Shown here piece after piece: positions 14,900 to 26,485 of a stretch of DNA of 64,000 nt. The translations under genes were made by a program, and so were the position numbers. The first letter of the stretch is position 1; every line of letters begins with the position of its first letter. The stretch is from the human T2T-CHM13v2.0 reference genome, Homo sapiens: the NCBI RefSeq assembly GCF_009914755.1, contig NC_060931.1. One strand, given 5' to 3'. Under the pieces are notes generated by a model. The model was not told where the DNA came from. It was given only the letters and a program-made list of their open reading frames with translations, and did no database searches.

Positions 14900-15315
14900 A
14901 GAATTAGGTGCTTGCAAAACCATTAAGAGCCTGAACTGGCAAAATATATTAGTTGTAGGTTTCATGCTACAGAGACAGAGGTACTGCCATCCAGAGTCAG
15001 TGACCTGCAGAAATCTGCTGCAGATTCTATAACTCCATCATCCAGAAAGGTGAATGGCAGGAGAATGCAGAAACTACTGCAAACATTCATGCCTGGGAGA
15101 CCCACACTTACACCCACTGTCATAGAGATGGCTTCTGCTTTGTCTGCCTTCTAAATCTTGTGGCAGGGTGTCTCCTTGGTGGAACTCCACATAAATTCAA
15201 AACCCTACTGGCAAGGGAGTCTAGGGAGTGTAGCTCCCAGGCTTCTAGTCCCAGAAATACAAGAGAACTGAAGGGGGCATGAAGAATACTGAGTGTCTGC
15301 AGTTAGTATTTAGCA
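14900..15315. mobile_element. Possible ancient ERVL-type LTR remnant
   Basis: AACCCTACTGGCAAGGGAGTCTAGGGAGTGTAGCTCCCAG resembles ERVL LTR motifs; family uncertain. Confidence 0.35.
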
Positions 15316-15825
15316 AAGTAATAATGTTTAGTTCTGTTGGAAAACATGTTTTTCATCTGGCAAGTCAAGGCTAAGTTGGTGTTCATCCTTGTGAATTTCA
15401 TTAGTCATAACACATATGATAATCATATAGATGCAGTTTTAAGTTCTGATTTTACACAAGGTCTGAGGTTAGTAAAAACAAACAATGACTAGCTAAATCA
15501 AAATTAATGTTCACTGTAAAAAATTTAATAATCACATATGCTAGGATATTTTTGATTACCAGAAGGAGATGTGGCATTCCGTTGGTGTTAAATGACCTGT
15601 CTGCCACAAGTTCTGGTGCAGAAAATCATTAAAGCTCAGAGACTCTATAGTTGGAATAAAGTTTCTGGAAAACATTGGGACACATCTGAACTCACGATAA
15701 ATTGAGCTAATGTGGATATTTGTAATAAATATGCTTATTTAAAAGAGATTAAAAAATAGAATATACCCAGAAATCATAGTGAAATATGCTTATCATAGAA
15801 TTACCATAAGGAGAGCACGATGCAC

Positions 15826-16128
<303 letters not shown>

Positions 16129-18509
16129 AGCACAATGCACGGGTTTTTGTATGAATAAACAAAGTATATTTTTTGAGTTTTAAAAATCTGAGCAAAAAAT
16201 GAAAAAATACTTTAACTTATAAAAATTTTATTCCTACAGTTTCACACAAATGTTATGGTCTTGCTTTGAATAATACTGATTTCACACTTGAATTTACCCA
16301 TTTTAAAGCTATTTTAAATTAAAAATAAATCTTTAAATACTTTCTCAGTCATCCAAAGTAGAAGAGTACCTCATTTTTTATCATATGAGAGAGTTATTGC
16401 AACATTTAGTATAGAGTGAAAGAGCTAGGTTAAGAAAAAAGAAAAAGAGCATATGCTGAGGATGCATTTTGAAGTAAAAATAAAATATCTGTTCGAGAAA
16501 GGTTAATGCTGAAGATATAAGAGTGATTTCACTTACTTTATCAGAACAGTAGAAAATAACATTTACAAGCAGTGAAGACTATATTACTAAATTTATTGGC
16601 TTTTTAAAACTTAAGCAAGATGAAATAAGATTTATGTAGCTATAGAACAAAATAAATGAAGTAATGGCCAATATGTGTACAAATTTTAGATTTGGTGCAA
16701 ATATGTTCCCAGTTTATAATTCCAACAAAACTACACAAAGTTCCACATTATCTATTACATTCCAACTTAACTGATGTTGGCAGTTTGCTTATCTGACATG
16801 ATCTTCACAGTTAAATTGCTTTATGTCTTGGAGTAATTTCATACAGTTTGCCCTAGCCAGTCTCTACAGTTAAGTGTTGAATGATCATTTTCTGCTCTGT
16901 ATTACTAAAAGACTAAATGCACTGTACTTTGATCAAAGATTCTAATGGTGATTACATAGAAATTGTTACTGAAGCAGAAAAAGCCTCAAAAATTCAATGT
17001 ATCAACCAAGACAGTACTAACTAAACCTGATCTATAAAAAAGTTTCTCAGGTTGACATGTCATATTTCACATTTTGAACATCAGCTTATGTACTTAAACA
17101 CATGTTACCGTGGTTACAGTTTGGAAATGGAGTTGACACAGTTGCTGGGATAGCAAAATGAAAATTAATATGCTAATGTATGGAGATAATCTCATTTAAA
17201 ACAACATCTTTTCGATGTGCTTAACTGGAGCTATTTCCAAGATTTGTGCTCCTTTAGTTTTCCCTATGAAGAGATCTACCAATGTCATACCTACATGTTG
17301 CGTGGTCTGCCTCTTCTCTTCCAATTTCACTGGAGGGTATGAATCTAACAAGTGTTCAGGCCATGAAATTCAGAGTTGAAGGGACTGAATCCCAAAACTA
17401 ATAGTTCTTATGTAGCACACCAATAAATGTAGGTAGTTATTTCATCATCATCATTATTCTCCTAAGAATTATTGGAACTTATGGACAAAATCTAGCACGG
17501 GCCCCATCTGTGGTGTCACTGGCTTCACCTGTTCAGAATCTTTAGCATTATGCCCTTTGATTTGCTGCTGAAACCAAAGACTGTCTTCCTCAATTTGTAG
17601 AACCTGGTCTACAGGTGGGCAGAACCTGTAATCTTACACCATAGGATTTTGCAGCCTCAGCAGTCCCAGCTCTGACTCAGGCCTACCAGTTTCTTGAAAT
17701 CTCTGTTACATTTGCGGTGACAAAGGAAAAAACAATCAAATAAATGTTTCTCAAAAATATTAGAATTAATATTTCAGCTGGAGAAACTTTTTTTTCCATT
17801 TAATACTGGGGCTTTTGTGAGCCAGATGTTCACCTGTCTGACAACTCGTCCAAGAAGGCATGTAATTCACTTATCCAACATTAGACAGCAAATAGATAAT
17901 CTTGAGTCCAGAGCTCTTAATTCAAAGATCTCGTGATCTGCCCATCTCTCATAGTGGTTTTCAAGTCTTGTTTCCATTTGACTGACATCTTATATTTAAA
18001 TCCATCAAAAGAGGCACTAGGGTTTCCCTTTCTACCTTCAAAAATTCTAAGACTTTCTTTTTATGCACCCATGACAACTCTCCACAACTAGTCACAATTC
18101 CAATGAGGAATGCTATTCTATCACATAAGGATGCTTCTAATTGTGCTTGTAATAGGGCCTGGGGAGTGTCTGGAATGTGTGTGTAAAGCCTACAATTATC
18201 CAGTCATCATGGAATTGCTGTGGTTGGCTCTCAGTCTCAGCACATAAAGACCTTCACTCTGTAAACTATTTTTTGCTAAATTCCTAAATGACCTGTGCAT
18301 TCCCTCACCCTTTTCCTCTGTACTTTTAGAAAGCTCTGGAGAGGTCAGAGAATTGTCTTCAATGAAAATAGAGCCTCTCAGAAAGAAAGTAATTATATGA
18401 TCAGAGGAGTTGGCACTTGCAGATGTTTACCTTTTAATATCACCTTCACAGTGATAAAGAACCCACGGGTTCTTCTAAATTTCCAGACCAAAATTAAGCT
18501 GTAGTCATG

Positions 18510-18900
18510 GCCTGCATTCATATCTTTTTTCTAACTTTAATGGGAATGCCTTCAATGTTTTATTGTTAAGGTTTATATTGAATGTTGGCTTAAGAATGTT
18601 TATTATTAAGGAAAGAGCTCTTCATTCTTAGACTATGAAGTTTATAAAAGGAATGGATGTTTTATCAAAACCCTGTGGAGATCTTGATTGACTGACACAT
18701 TCTATTAATTTTCCAATCTTAAACTATTCTTGTATTCTAGGAAAATCTTTACATGGTCATTGTTTCATTCTTTTAATATGCAGTCTCTTTTCTGTCCTTT
18801 GTAGTAGCTTTATGAAGTAAGAAGAAAACTTCCATATTTTTATATTCTGCAACATTTTAAACACTGGAATTTTTATATAAACGTTAAAGACTTCAACACT
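18510..18900 (-). mobile_element. Ancient L1M ORF2 fragments
   Basis: CTTTAATGGGAATGCCTTCAATGTTTTA, GGAATGGATGTTTTATCAAA, ACATGGTCATTG. Confidence 0.45.
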
Positions 18901-19519
18901 AACTCCAATGTTGGTGTATTGGCAGTGCTTTTTGTTATTAATCATCAAATTTATATTTTTGTCCTTCCTTATTATTCTCCCATCTTCTCTGCCTAATTCC
19001 CCTAACATTTACTTTTTCTCCCTCTATTGTTTATTTATGCCTCAGTCTCAGGCTTTTATTTTAAGAGAACCCAGGCTAAAACAGCATCTTTTAACCTAGA
19101 AGAAGGTTGGATATTTATTCATTGAAAAGAATAAACCAGATAGTTTGGACCTGTAGACCCCAGCCAGCGCTGAAAGAAAAGTGAGTTTCTACATGGAAAA
19201 AAAGGAGCTTTAAATTAAAGTCAACATGACAAATGGTAAAACTTGCAGGTCCTCTTCTTTGTAGGTGCCAGAATCTATTATCTAGGTTTCTATACTGTAT
19301 ACAGAAGATTGAAGAATGTATTTTTTTATTGAAGATTCCTTTCTGACTGGCTAGAAGAAAAATGCCCATAGATATCCACATTGTAGGTTCCCAAAATACT
19401 TGTCAGATCCTGCTCAGTTACCCTACAGTGACAACCACTAATTAACAAGTCGTATCCTTGCACATTAAACTTTCAAACAGTTTTTTAGTGCAGCTCTTAA
19501 GTAGAAATTGGCAGTTACA

Positions 19520-19828
19520 GGCTGGGTGTGGTGGTTCATGTCTGTATTCCCAGCACTTTGAGAAGCCAAGGCAGGTGGATTGCCTGAGCTCAGGAGTTTG
19601 AGACCAGCCTGGGCAACATAGCAAAACCCTATCTCTACAAAAAATACAAAAATTATCCAGGCATAGTGGTCTGCACCTGCGGTCACAGCTGCTTGGGAGG
19701 CTGGGGTGGGAGGATGGCTTGAACCCGTGAAGCAGAGGTTGCAGTAAGCCAAGATTCTCCACTGCACTCCAGCCTGAATGACAGAGTGAGACCCAGCCTC
19801 AAAAGAAAGAAAAAAATATAAAAAAAAT
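19520..19828 (+). mobile_element. AluJb
   Basis: GGATTGCCTGAGCTCAGGAG, CCTGGGCAACATAGC, GGGAGGATGGCTTG. Confidence 0.93.
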
Positions 19829-19952
19829 CTAAATGACGAGTTAATGGGTGCAGCACACCAACATGGCACATGTATACACATGTAACAAACCTGCATGTTG
19901 TGCACATGTACCCTAAAACTTAAAGTATAATAACAATAAAATTTAAAAAAAA
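19829..19952 (+). mobile_element. About 120-bp 3' tip of L1PA3/PA4 inserted in the Alu tail
   Basis: CTAAATGACGAGTTAATGGGTGCAGCACACCAACATGG...CCCTAAAACTTAAAGTATAAT; TSD AAAAAAAATC at 19820-19829 and 19960-19969. Confidence 0.92.
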
Positions 19953-20142
19953 TTAACTCAAAAAAAATCAGCAGGTACAGACTGCCAAGTAGGATCAGAA
20001 AACATTAATATGAAAAACAGAGCTGAAAACCAATGAGGAAATAGGAAAAATTAATATAGAGGGCATAGGCAAAACAAGATGCCCATGAAGAGATAATGGC
20101 AGATAAAATAATATCCTTAAAGGTAAGAATATCCTGAATCTT

Positions 20143-20497
<355 letters not shown>

Positions 20498-20574
20498 TCA
20501 GAAGATGCATAAGACGTTTTGGAAATAAAAATGTAATACCAAGAGCAATATAGAAAATGTGAATAAGGATAGTG

Positions 20575-21000
20575 GATTGAAAATAGAGATGGGAGAGGGA
20601 GAATTATGGAAATGAGAATCAGGGAGATGTGGTGAAACAAGGAAGAGAGAAAGGGAGAAAACAGAGGGGTGTAGAGAGAGTGAAGGGGCAGATGGAGAGA
20701 GAGAAGGGAGAGCATGGAGAGTGGTAATGAGAGTAAAGCTAAGAGGAGAGAGGGAGGATATCAAGTAAAGTGGAGAAATAAAGACAGAAACAGATGTGGG
20801 GGAGATGTTTCATGGATTCAGGAAATTAGAGACAAGAAGAGGAAGGGAACCAGTGGTGAGAGAAAAAGAGAGAGGGAAACAAAAGGAGAAAATAGTGGAA
20901 AAAAACAAAAAGAGAAAAATGAATAAGGGCAAAAACATAGGTCAAACCAGGTAGAAAGCAAAGAGAGAGACTGAAATAAAGTATTAAAAGAGAGAGGCAT
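20575..21000. repeat. GA-rich low-complexity tract (resumes 22410-22545)
   Basis: Strongly purine-biased sequence, directly visible. Confidence 0.85.
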
Positions 21001-22400
21001 GGAGTGCAGATATACCTTAGACATATTGATTTCAATTCCTGTGGATATACACCCAGAAGTGAAACTGCTGGCTCCTATGGAAGTTCTATGTTCAGTTTTT
21101 CTGAGGAAACTCGGTACCATTTTCCATGGTGGTTGTACCAGTTTACATTCCTACCAACTGTGTACAAGGATTTCCTTTACTCACATCCTCACCAACGGTT
21201 ATCTTTCATCTTTATTATAAAAGCCATTCTAACAGGTGTGAGGGGATATCTCATGTGGGTTTAATTTGCATTTCTCTAAAGATTAGTGATGCTGAACATT
21301 TTTTTATGAACTCACCGGTCATTTTTATGTCTTTCTTTTAGAAACGTCTGTTCAGGTCCTTTGCCCATTTTTAAATTGGATTATTTGTTTTCTTGCTATT
21401 GTGTTGTTTGTGTTCTTTATATATTTTGGATATTAGTCCCTCATCAAATGTATGGTTTGAAAATATTTTCTCTGTTAATCGTTTTTTTTTTTTTTTTCTG
21501 TAAGAGCCTTCTAAGTTTGATGCAATCTCATTTGTCTATTTTTGCTTTTGCTGCCTGTGCTTTCAGGGTCATCTCCAAAAAATCCTTGCCTAGACCAATG
21601 TCATGGAGCTTTCCTCCTATGTTTTCTTCTAGCAGTTCTTTAATTTCAGGTATTATGTTTAAATATCCAATCCATTTCGAGTTAATTTTTTTCTACGATG
21701 TGAGATCAGGATCTAATTTTATTCCTCTACATGTGGATATCCAATTTCCCCAGCACAACTTAGTTTTTAAAATTGTCCTTTTCCTATTGTGTGTTCTTGT
21801 CATTTTTGTAGAAAATACAGAATTATCTACAATAGCCAAGAAGTGGAAGCAACCCAAGTGTCCACCAAACGACAGATGGATAAAGAAAATGAGGTATATA
21901 CACACAATGAAATATTATTTGGCCTGCAAAAAGAAAGAACTCCTGCCATTTGCAACAATATGGATCAACCTGGAAGACATATTCACTTATGTTAAGTGAA
22001 ATAAGCAGGCACAAGAAGACAAATATTGCACAATTACACTATATGGGGAAATCTAAATAACTCATAGAAGTAGAGAGTAGAATAATGACTACCAGAGGCT
22101 TGGGGAGAAAAAAAGGGAGAAAAATGAGTTGTTGGTCAAAGCTTACAAAGTTTTAGTCAGACAGGAGAAATAAATTTTTAAATCTATTGCACAGCTGGGT
22201 GACTGTAGTCAATAACAATGTATTATTTATCTCCAAATAAGTAAGATGGCATATTTCAAAATAAACAAGATGCTGAATTTCAAACATCTCAACACAAAGA
22301 GTTAAGTGAGATGATGAATATGTTAACTTCATTTTATCATTCCACCTTGTACACATATTACATGAATGTATACAGCTGTGATTTGTCAATTTTTTAAAAA
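21001..22400 (+). mobile_element. 5'-inverted L1MA (MA6-MA8-like): 21001-21816 antisense, 21817-22400 sense
   Basis: Orientation switch at about 21816; sense part encodes TIAKKWKQPKCP and carries an L1MA 3'UTR; decayed TSD ending CATGGA at 21003 and 22423. Confidence 0.88.
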
Positions 22401-23567
22401 TTTAAAAGAGAAAGAGTCATGGAATTAGAGTAAGAAAAACCAAAAGAAGAAGGATAAATCAAAGAGAGTGAAGAAAGAGGAAGAGAAAGAAAACAGAGAA
22501 AGGGAGAAACAGATTAAGGGAGAGAAAGTGAATACAGCGAGGAAGAAAATTTTACATATATACATACACTCATATACATTAATTTATGCATACTAGTTGG
22601 CTATATATATATTTGTGCATTCTTTTCTATACGTAGAAGATTGGAAGATGAAGCTGAGAAAACATCTCAGCATGCACAATTAAAAAAAAAATGAATGAAA
22701 ATAGAAGAAACTTAAGATTATGAGAGCAACCCATGAAGTCCAACATCTGAAAAATGAGAGTTACAGGAGAAAAAATGGACAAAAGAGACATGGAGATCAA
22801 ATTATCAAAGCAATTATACATTTTCCCATAATTGAATGACATGACTTTGCAGGTTAAAAGGCTCACCAATTGTCTGTTATGATAATTAAAATATGACTCC
22901 ACAACCAGTAATGGATTAAATATATCCCTAAATCTTCTAGTGAGATAAAAGAGGTCAAATACAAAGGAAATAGGCTTTGAACTCCTTTACAGCAAGTTTG
23001 GAAATAAGAAAACAAGGAATGAATGTTTGCAAAATTTTAACAACTAATCGTCTCCAACTTTGAATTCTATACACAGCCATTGGACCAAACAAGGGTGAGT
23101 GTAGAGTAATAATATTTAGAGACATGCATATTTTGGAACATTTGCCTTTTATGCAGTTTTTATTAGAAAGTGACTGGACAATAAAATGCACTAAGACTGG
23201 TGAATGAACAAAGACCAAGAAAGATACAGGGAATGAAAAACAGTAACTAGGCAACAGGAATTTCCAAAATGTGAACAATGGGAAAGCCCAGGATATTAGC
23301 TGTCTAACATTGGGTTGTGGTCAACTCTGTCCCCTCAACCTTGAAAACATTTTTAAAAAATTATATATGAATTTAATCTATCAAATAGAATGCAAAAAAA
23401 CGATGTGTGAACATTTCAAAAGATTTCTATTTCTCTAGTGAGCACAAAAATACCTATCCTGCATTCTTCTCAGTTGCCATAAAATATTTAATACTGTGAC
23501 TTTTCCTACAAGTGAAGTGATTAACTGTCTTGTAGAGCCTTTTTACTTCTTCATTTAAAAAAAAAAT

Positions 23568-23792
23568 CTTTTAGGTTCAGGAGTATATAAGCAGGTTTGT
23601 TATACAGGCAAACTGTGTGTCATTGGGGCTGGGCATACAGATTGTTTCATCACTCAGGTAATAAGCGTAGTAACTGATACGTAATTTTTCTGATTCTCTC
23701 CCTCTTCCCACTCTTCACCCTTAAGCAGGCCCCGGTGTCTGTTGTTCCCCTCTATGTGTCCATGTGTTCTTATTGTTTAGCTACCACTTATA
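23568..23792 (-). mobile_element. L1PA13-16-type 3' end
   Basis: GCAGGTTTGTTATACAGGCAAACTG...CAGGCCCCGGTGTCTGTTGTTCCCCTCTATGTGTCCATGTG. Confidence 0.85.
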
Positions 23793-24210
23793 TAACTTTT
23801 ATGTGCAGTTTCTTTTGCCTTTAGCCTTAGATTCCACTTATTTCTACTCGTTTAGGTCAGCACGTCTTCCCTCCGTCCCCTGCAGGGAAGTTGTTTCATC
23901 ATTTGCATTACAGTTAGATGCTCTCGTCACAGTCTGTATTCCTTTCTGAGATCCCCAAGGTCCTAAATTGTTTTTAAAATATTGCAGATATTAGTGTTCA
24001 CTCTTTGGGTTATAAAGTTCTATGGATTTTGAAAAATATATAAGGTTTTATGTCCACCATTGTAATATCATACATAAAATTCCCCCAAATCATCTGTGCT
24101 TCATCCTATCCTGGAACCTCTGGCAACTACTGGTCATTTTACTGCCTCTATAGTTTTGCCTTTTCCAGAATGCCCTGTAATTGGATCATACAATATACAC
24201 AGCCTTTTCA

Positions 24211-24528
24211 TTTTTCTTTCTTTTCTTTTTTTTAGGGACAAAATGGCAGCAGCCAGCCTGACCATTCCCTTCCCATCATGAGGGAGAGGGCTGTGGTATG
24301 GACAGCAGCAGCTGACTGGCCACAGGTGCAGCCACTGCCATCCAGCCCCGACTCATTCCTAGAATAAGAACCACCAGACTGCCCTCTGACACCTGCCTCA
24401 GCGGTCCCCACCACTCCTCAAACCCTGTCACCGTCCACAGACAAGCCCTGGAGGGGTGGGGAAAAGGTGGGGCTCTGGGGCTTCTTTTTCAGAGATGGGA
24501 GGTGCACAGGCTGGGGAGGAACCCCCAG
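24211..24528 (-). pseudogene. Orphan retrocopy of a GC-rich (CpG-island-like) RNA with poly(A) tail
   Basis: T-rich tail 24211-24233 plus about 295 bp GC-rich non-L1 insert interrupting the L1MC; degenerate TSD (TATACACAGCCTTTT / TATGCAATCTTTT). Confidence 0.6.
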
Positions 24529-24584
24529 AGTATGCAATCTTTTAGGACTGGCTTCTTTCACTTAGCAGTATGCATTTAAGATTT

Positions 24585-24809
24585 TTTATTGTTGTTGTTT
24601 GGGGTTTTGTTGTTGCTGTTGTTGTTCTTGTTGTTTCTTTTGGTTGTTGTTGTTGTTGTTTTGAGACAGGGTCTCACTCTATCGCCCAGGCTGAAGTGCA
24701 GTGGTGCAATTAGGCTCACTGCAACTTCTACCTCCCAAGTTTAAGCCATTCTCGTGCCTCAACCTCCACAGGAGCTGGGATTATAGGTGCGCACCACCAT
24801 GCCTGGCTA
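24585..24809 (-). mobile_element. Alu right-arm monomer (FRAM or half-length Alu) with (TTG)n tail
   Basis: Single monomer; TSD CATTTAAG(A/G)TTT at 24573-24584 and 24810-24821. Confidence 0.9.
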
Positions 24810-24833
24810 CATTTAAGGTTTATACATATATAT

Positions 24834-24837
<4 letters not shown>

Positions 24838-24865
<28 letters not shown>
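24838..24865. repeat. (TG)n microsatellite
   Basis: Directly visible. Confidence 0.95.
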
Positions 24866-26129
24866 GCTTGATAGCTTACTTTTTAACTGCTGAATAGTAT
24901 TTCATTGTATGGATATGCCATAGTTTGTTTATTCATTCACCTGTTGAAGTTTTTGGTGATTATGAATAAGGCTGCTATAAACATAAGCATGCAGGGTTTT
25001 GTACAGACAAAAGTTTTTAACTCAATTGTTTAATTACCTAGGAGCGTAATTGTGGGACTGGATTGTAACATTGTCTTTAGCATTGTCAGAAACTGCTAAA
25101 CTGTCTTCTGAGGTTTCAATGTTATTTTACATTTCTAATAGCAATGAATGAGAGTTCCTTTTGCTCTCCATCTTTGCCAGTAGCTGGTAGTGCCAGTTTT
25201 TTGTTTTTATTTTAGCCATTCTAATGGGTGTGTAGTGGTATTTCATTATTGTTTAATTTGCAATTTTCTAATGACGTATAATGTTGAGCATCTTTTCACA
25301 CGTTTGTCTGCCTCTAAATGTCTTCTTTGGTAAGGTTTCTGTTCAGATTTTTTGCCTATTTCTTAATTAGGTTGCTTATTTTCTTTGTTGAGTTTCAAGA
25401 GTTGTTTATATGTTTTACAAACAAATTATTTATCAGATAAGGGTTTTGTATATATTTCCTTCTACTTCATGCCTTGTCTTTTGATGGTCTTAACATTGCC
25501 TCTCACAGAGCAAAACACTTAAATTTTAATAAAGACAACTATTTTTTCCCATGGATGGTGGTTTTGTGTTACATTTAAAAACTCACCAAACCCAAGGTCT
25601 CCTCGATTTTCTCCTATGTTTTCTTCTAGAAGTTATATAGTATTATGATTTATATTTAGATCAAGGATTCATTTTTAGTTATTTTTTTTGTGAAAGGTGT
25701 AATTCCTGTCTAGATTTATTTATTTTTGCATATGGATGTTGAATTATTTCAGTATCTTTTGTTGAAAAGACTATCCTTTCTCTATTGAATTGCCTTTGCT
25801 CTTGTCAAAAATCAGTTGACTATATCAGTATGGGTCTATTTCTGCGCTCTTTATGCTGTACCATTAATCTAATGTCTGTTCTTTCATCATTACAATGCTG
25901 TCTTAATTTAGCTTTACATTAAGTCTTGAAATTGGGCACTGTCAGTCCTCTGACTTTGTTCTTTTTCAGTATTGCATTGACTACTCCATGTATTTTGCTG
26001 TTCGATATAAACTTTAGAATTAGATTTTCAATATCCACAAAGTAGCTTGCTGGAATATTGATTATAATTGCATTGAATATCTAGACTAAGTTGAGAAGAA
26101 TGGACACCTTAAAAATATTGAGTCTTCCA

Positions 26130-26485
<356 letters not shown>

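Noticed and set aside
15727-15793. 12-bp direct repeat AAATATGCTTAT as a TSD
   Set aside because: The enclosed 43 bp has no tail or element features; AT-rich chance or local duplication
21361-21999. 212-aa ORF
   Set aside because: Reads across the L1MA inversion junction; antisense L1 plus ORF2 tail, TTG start
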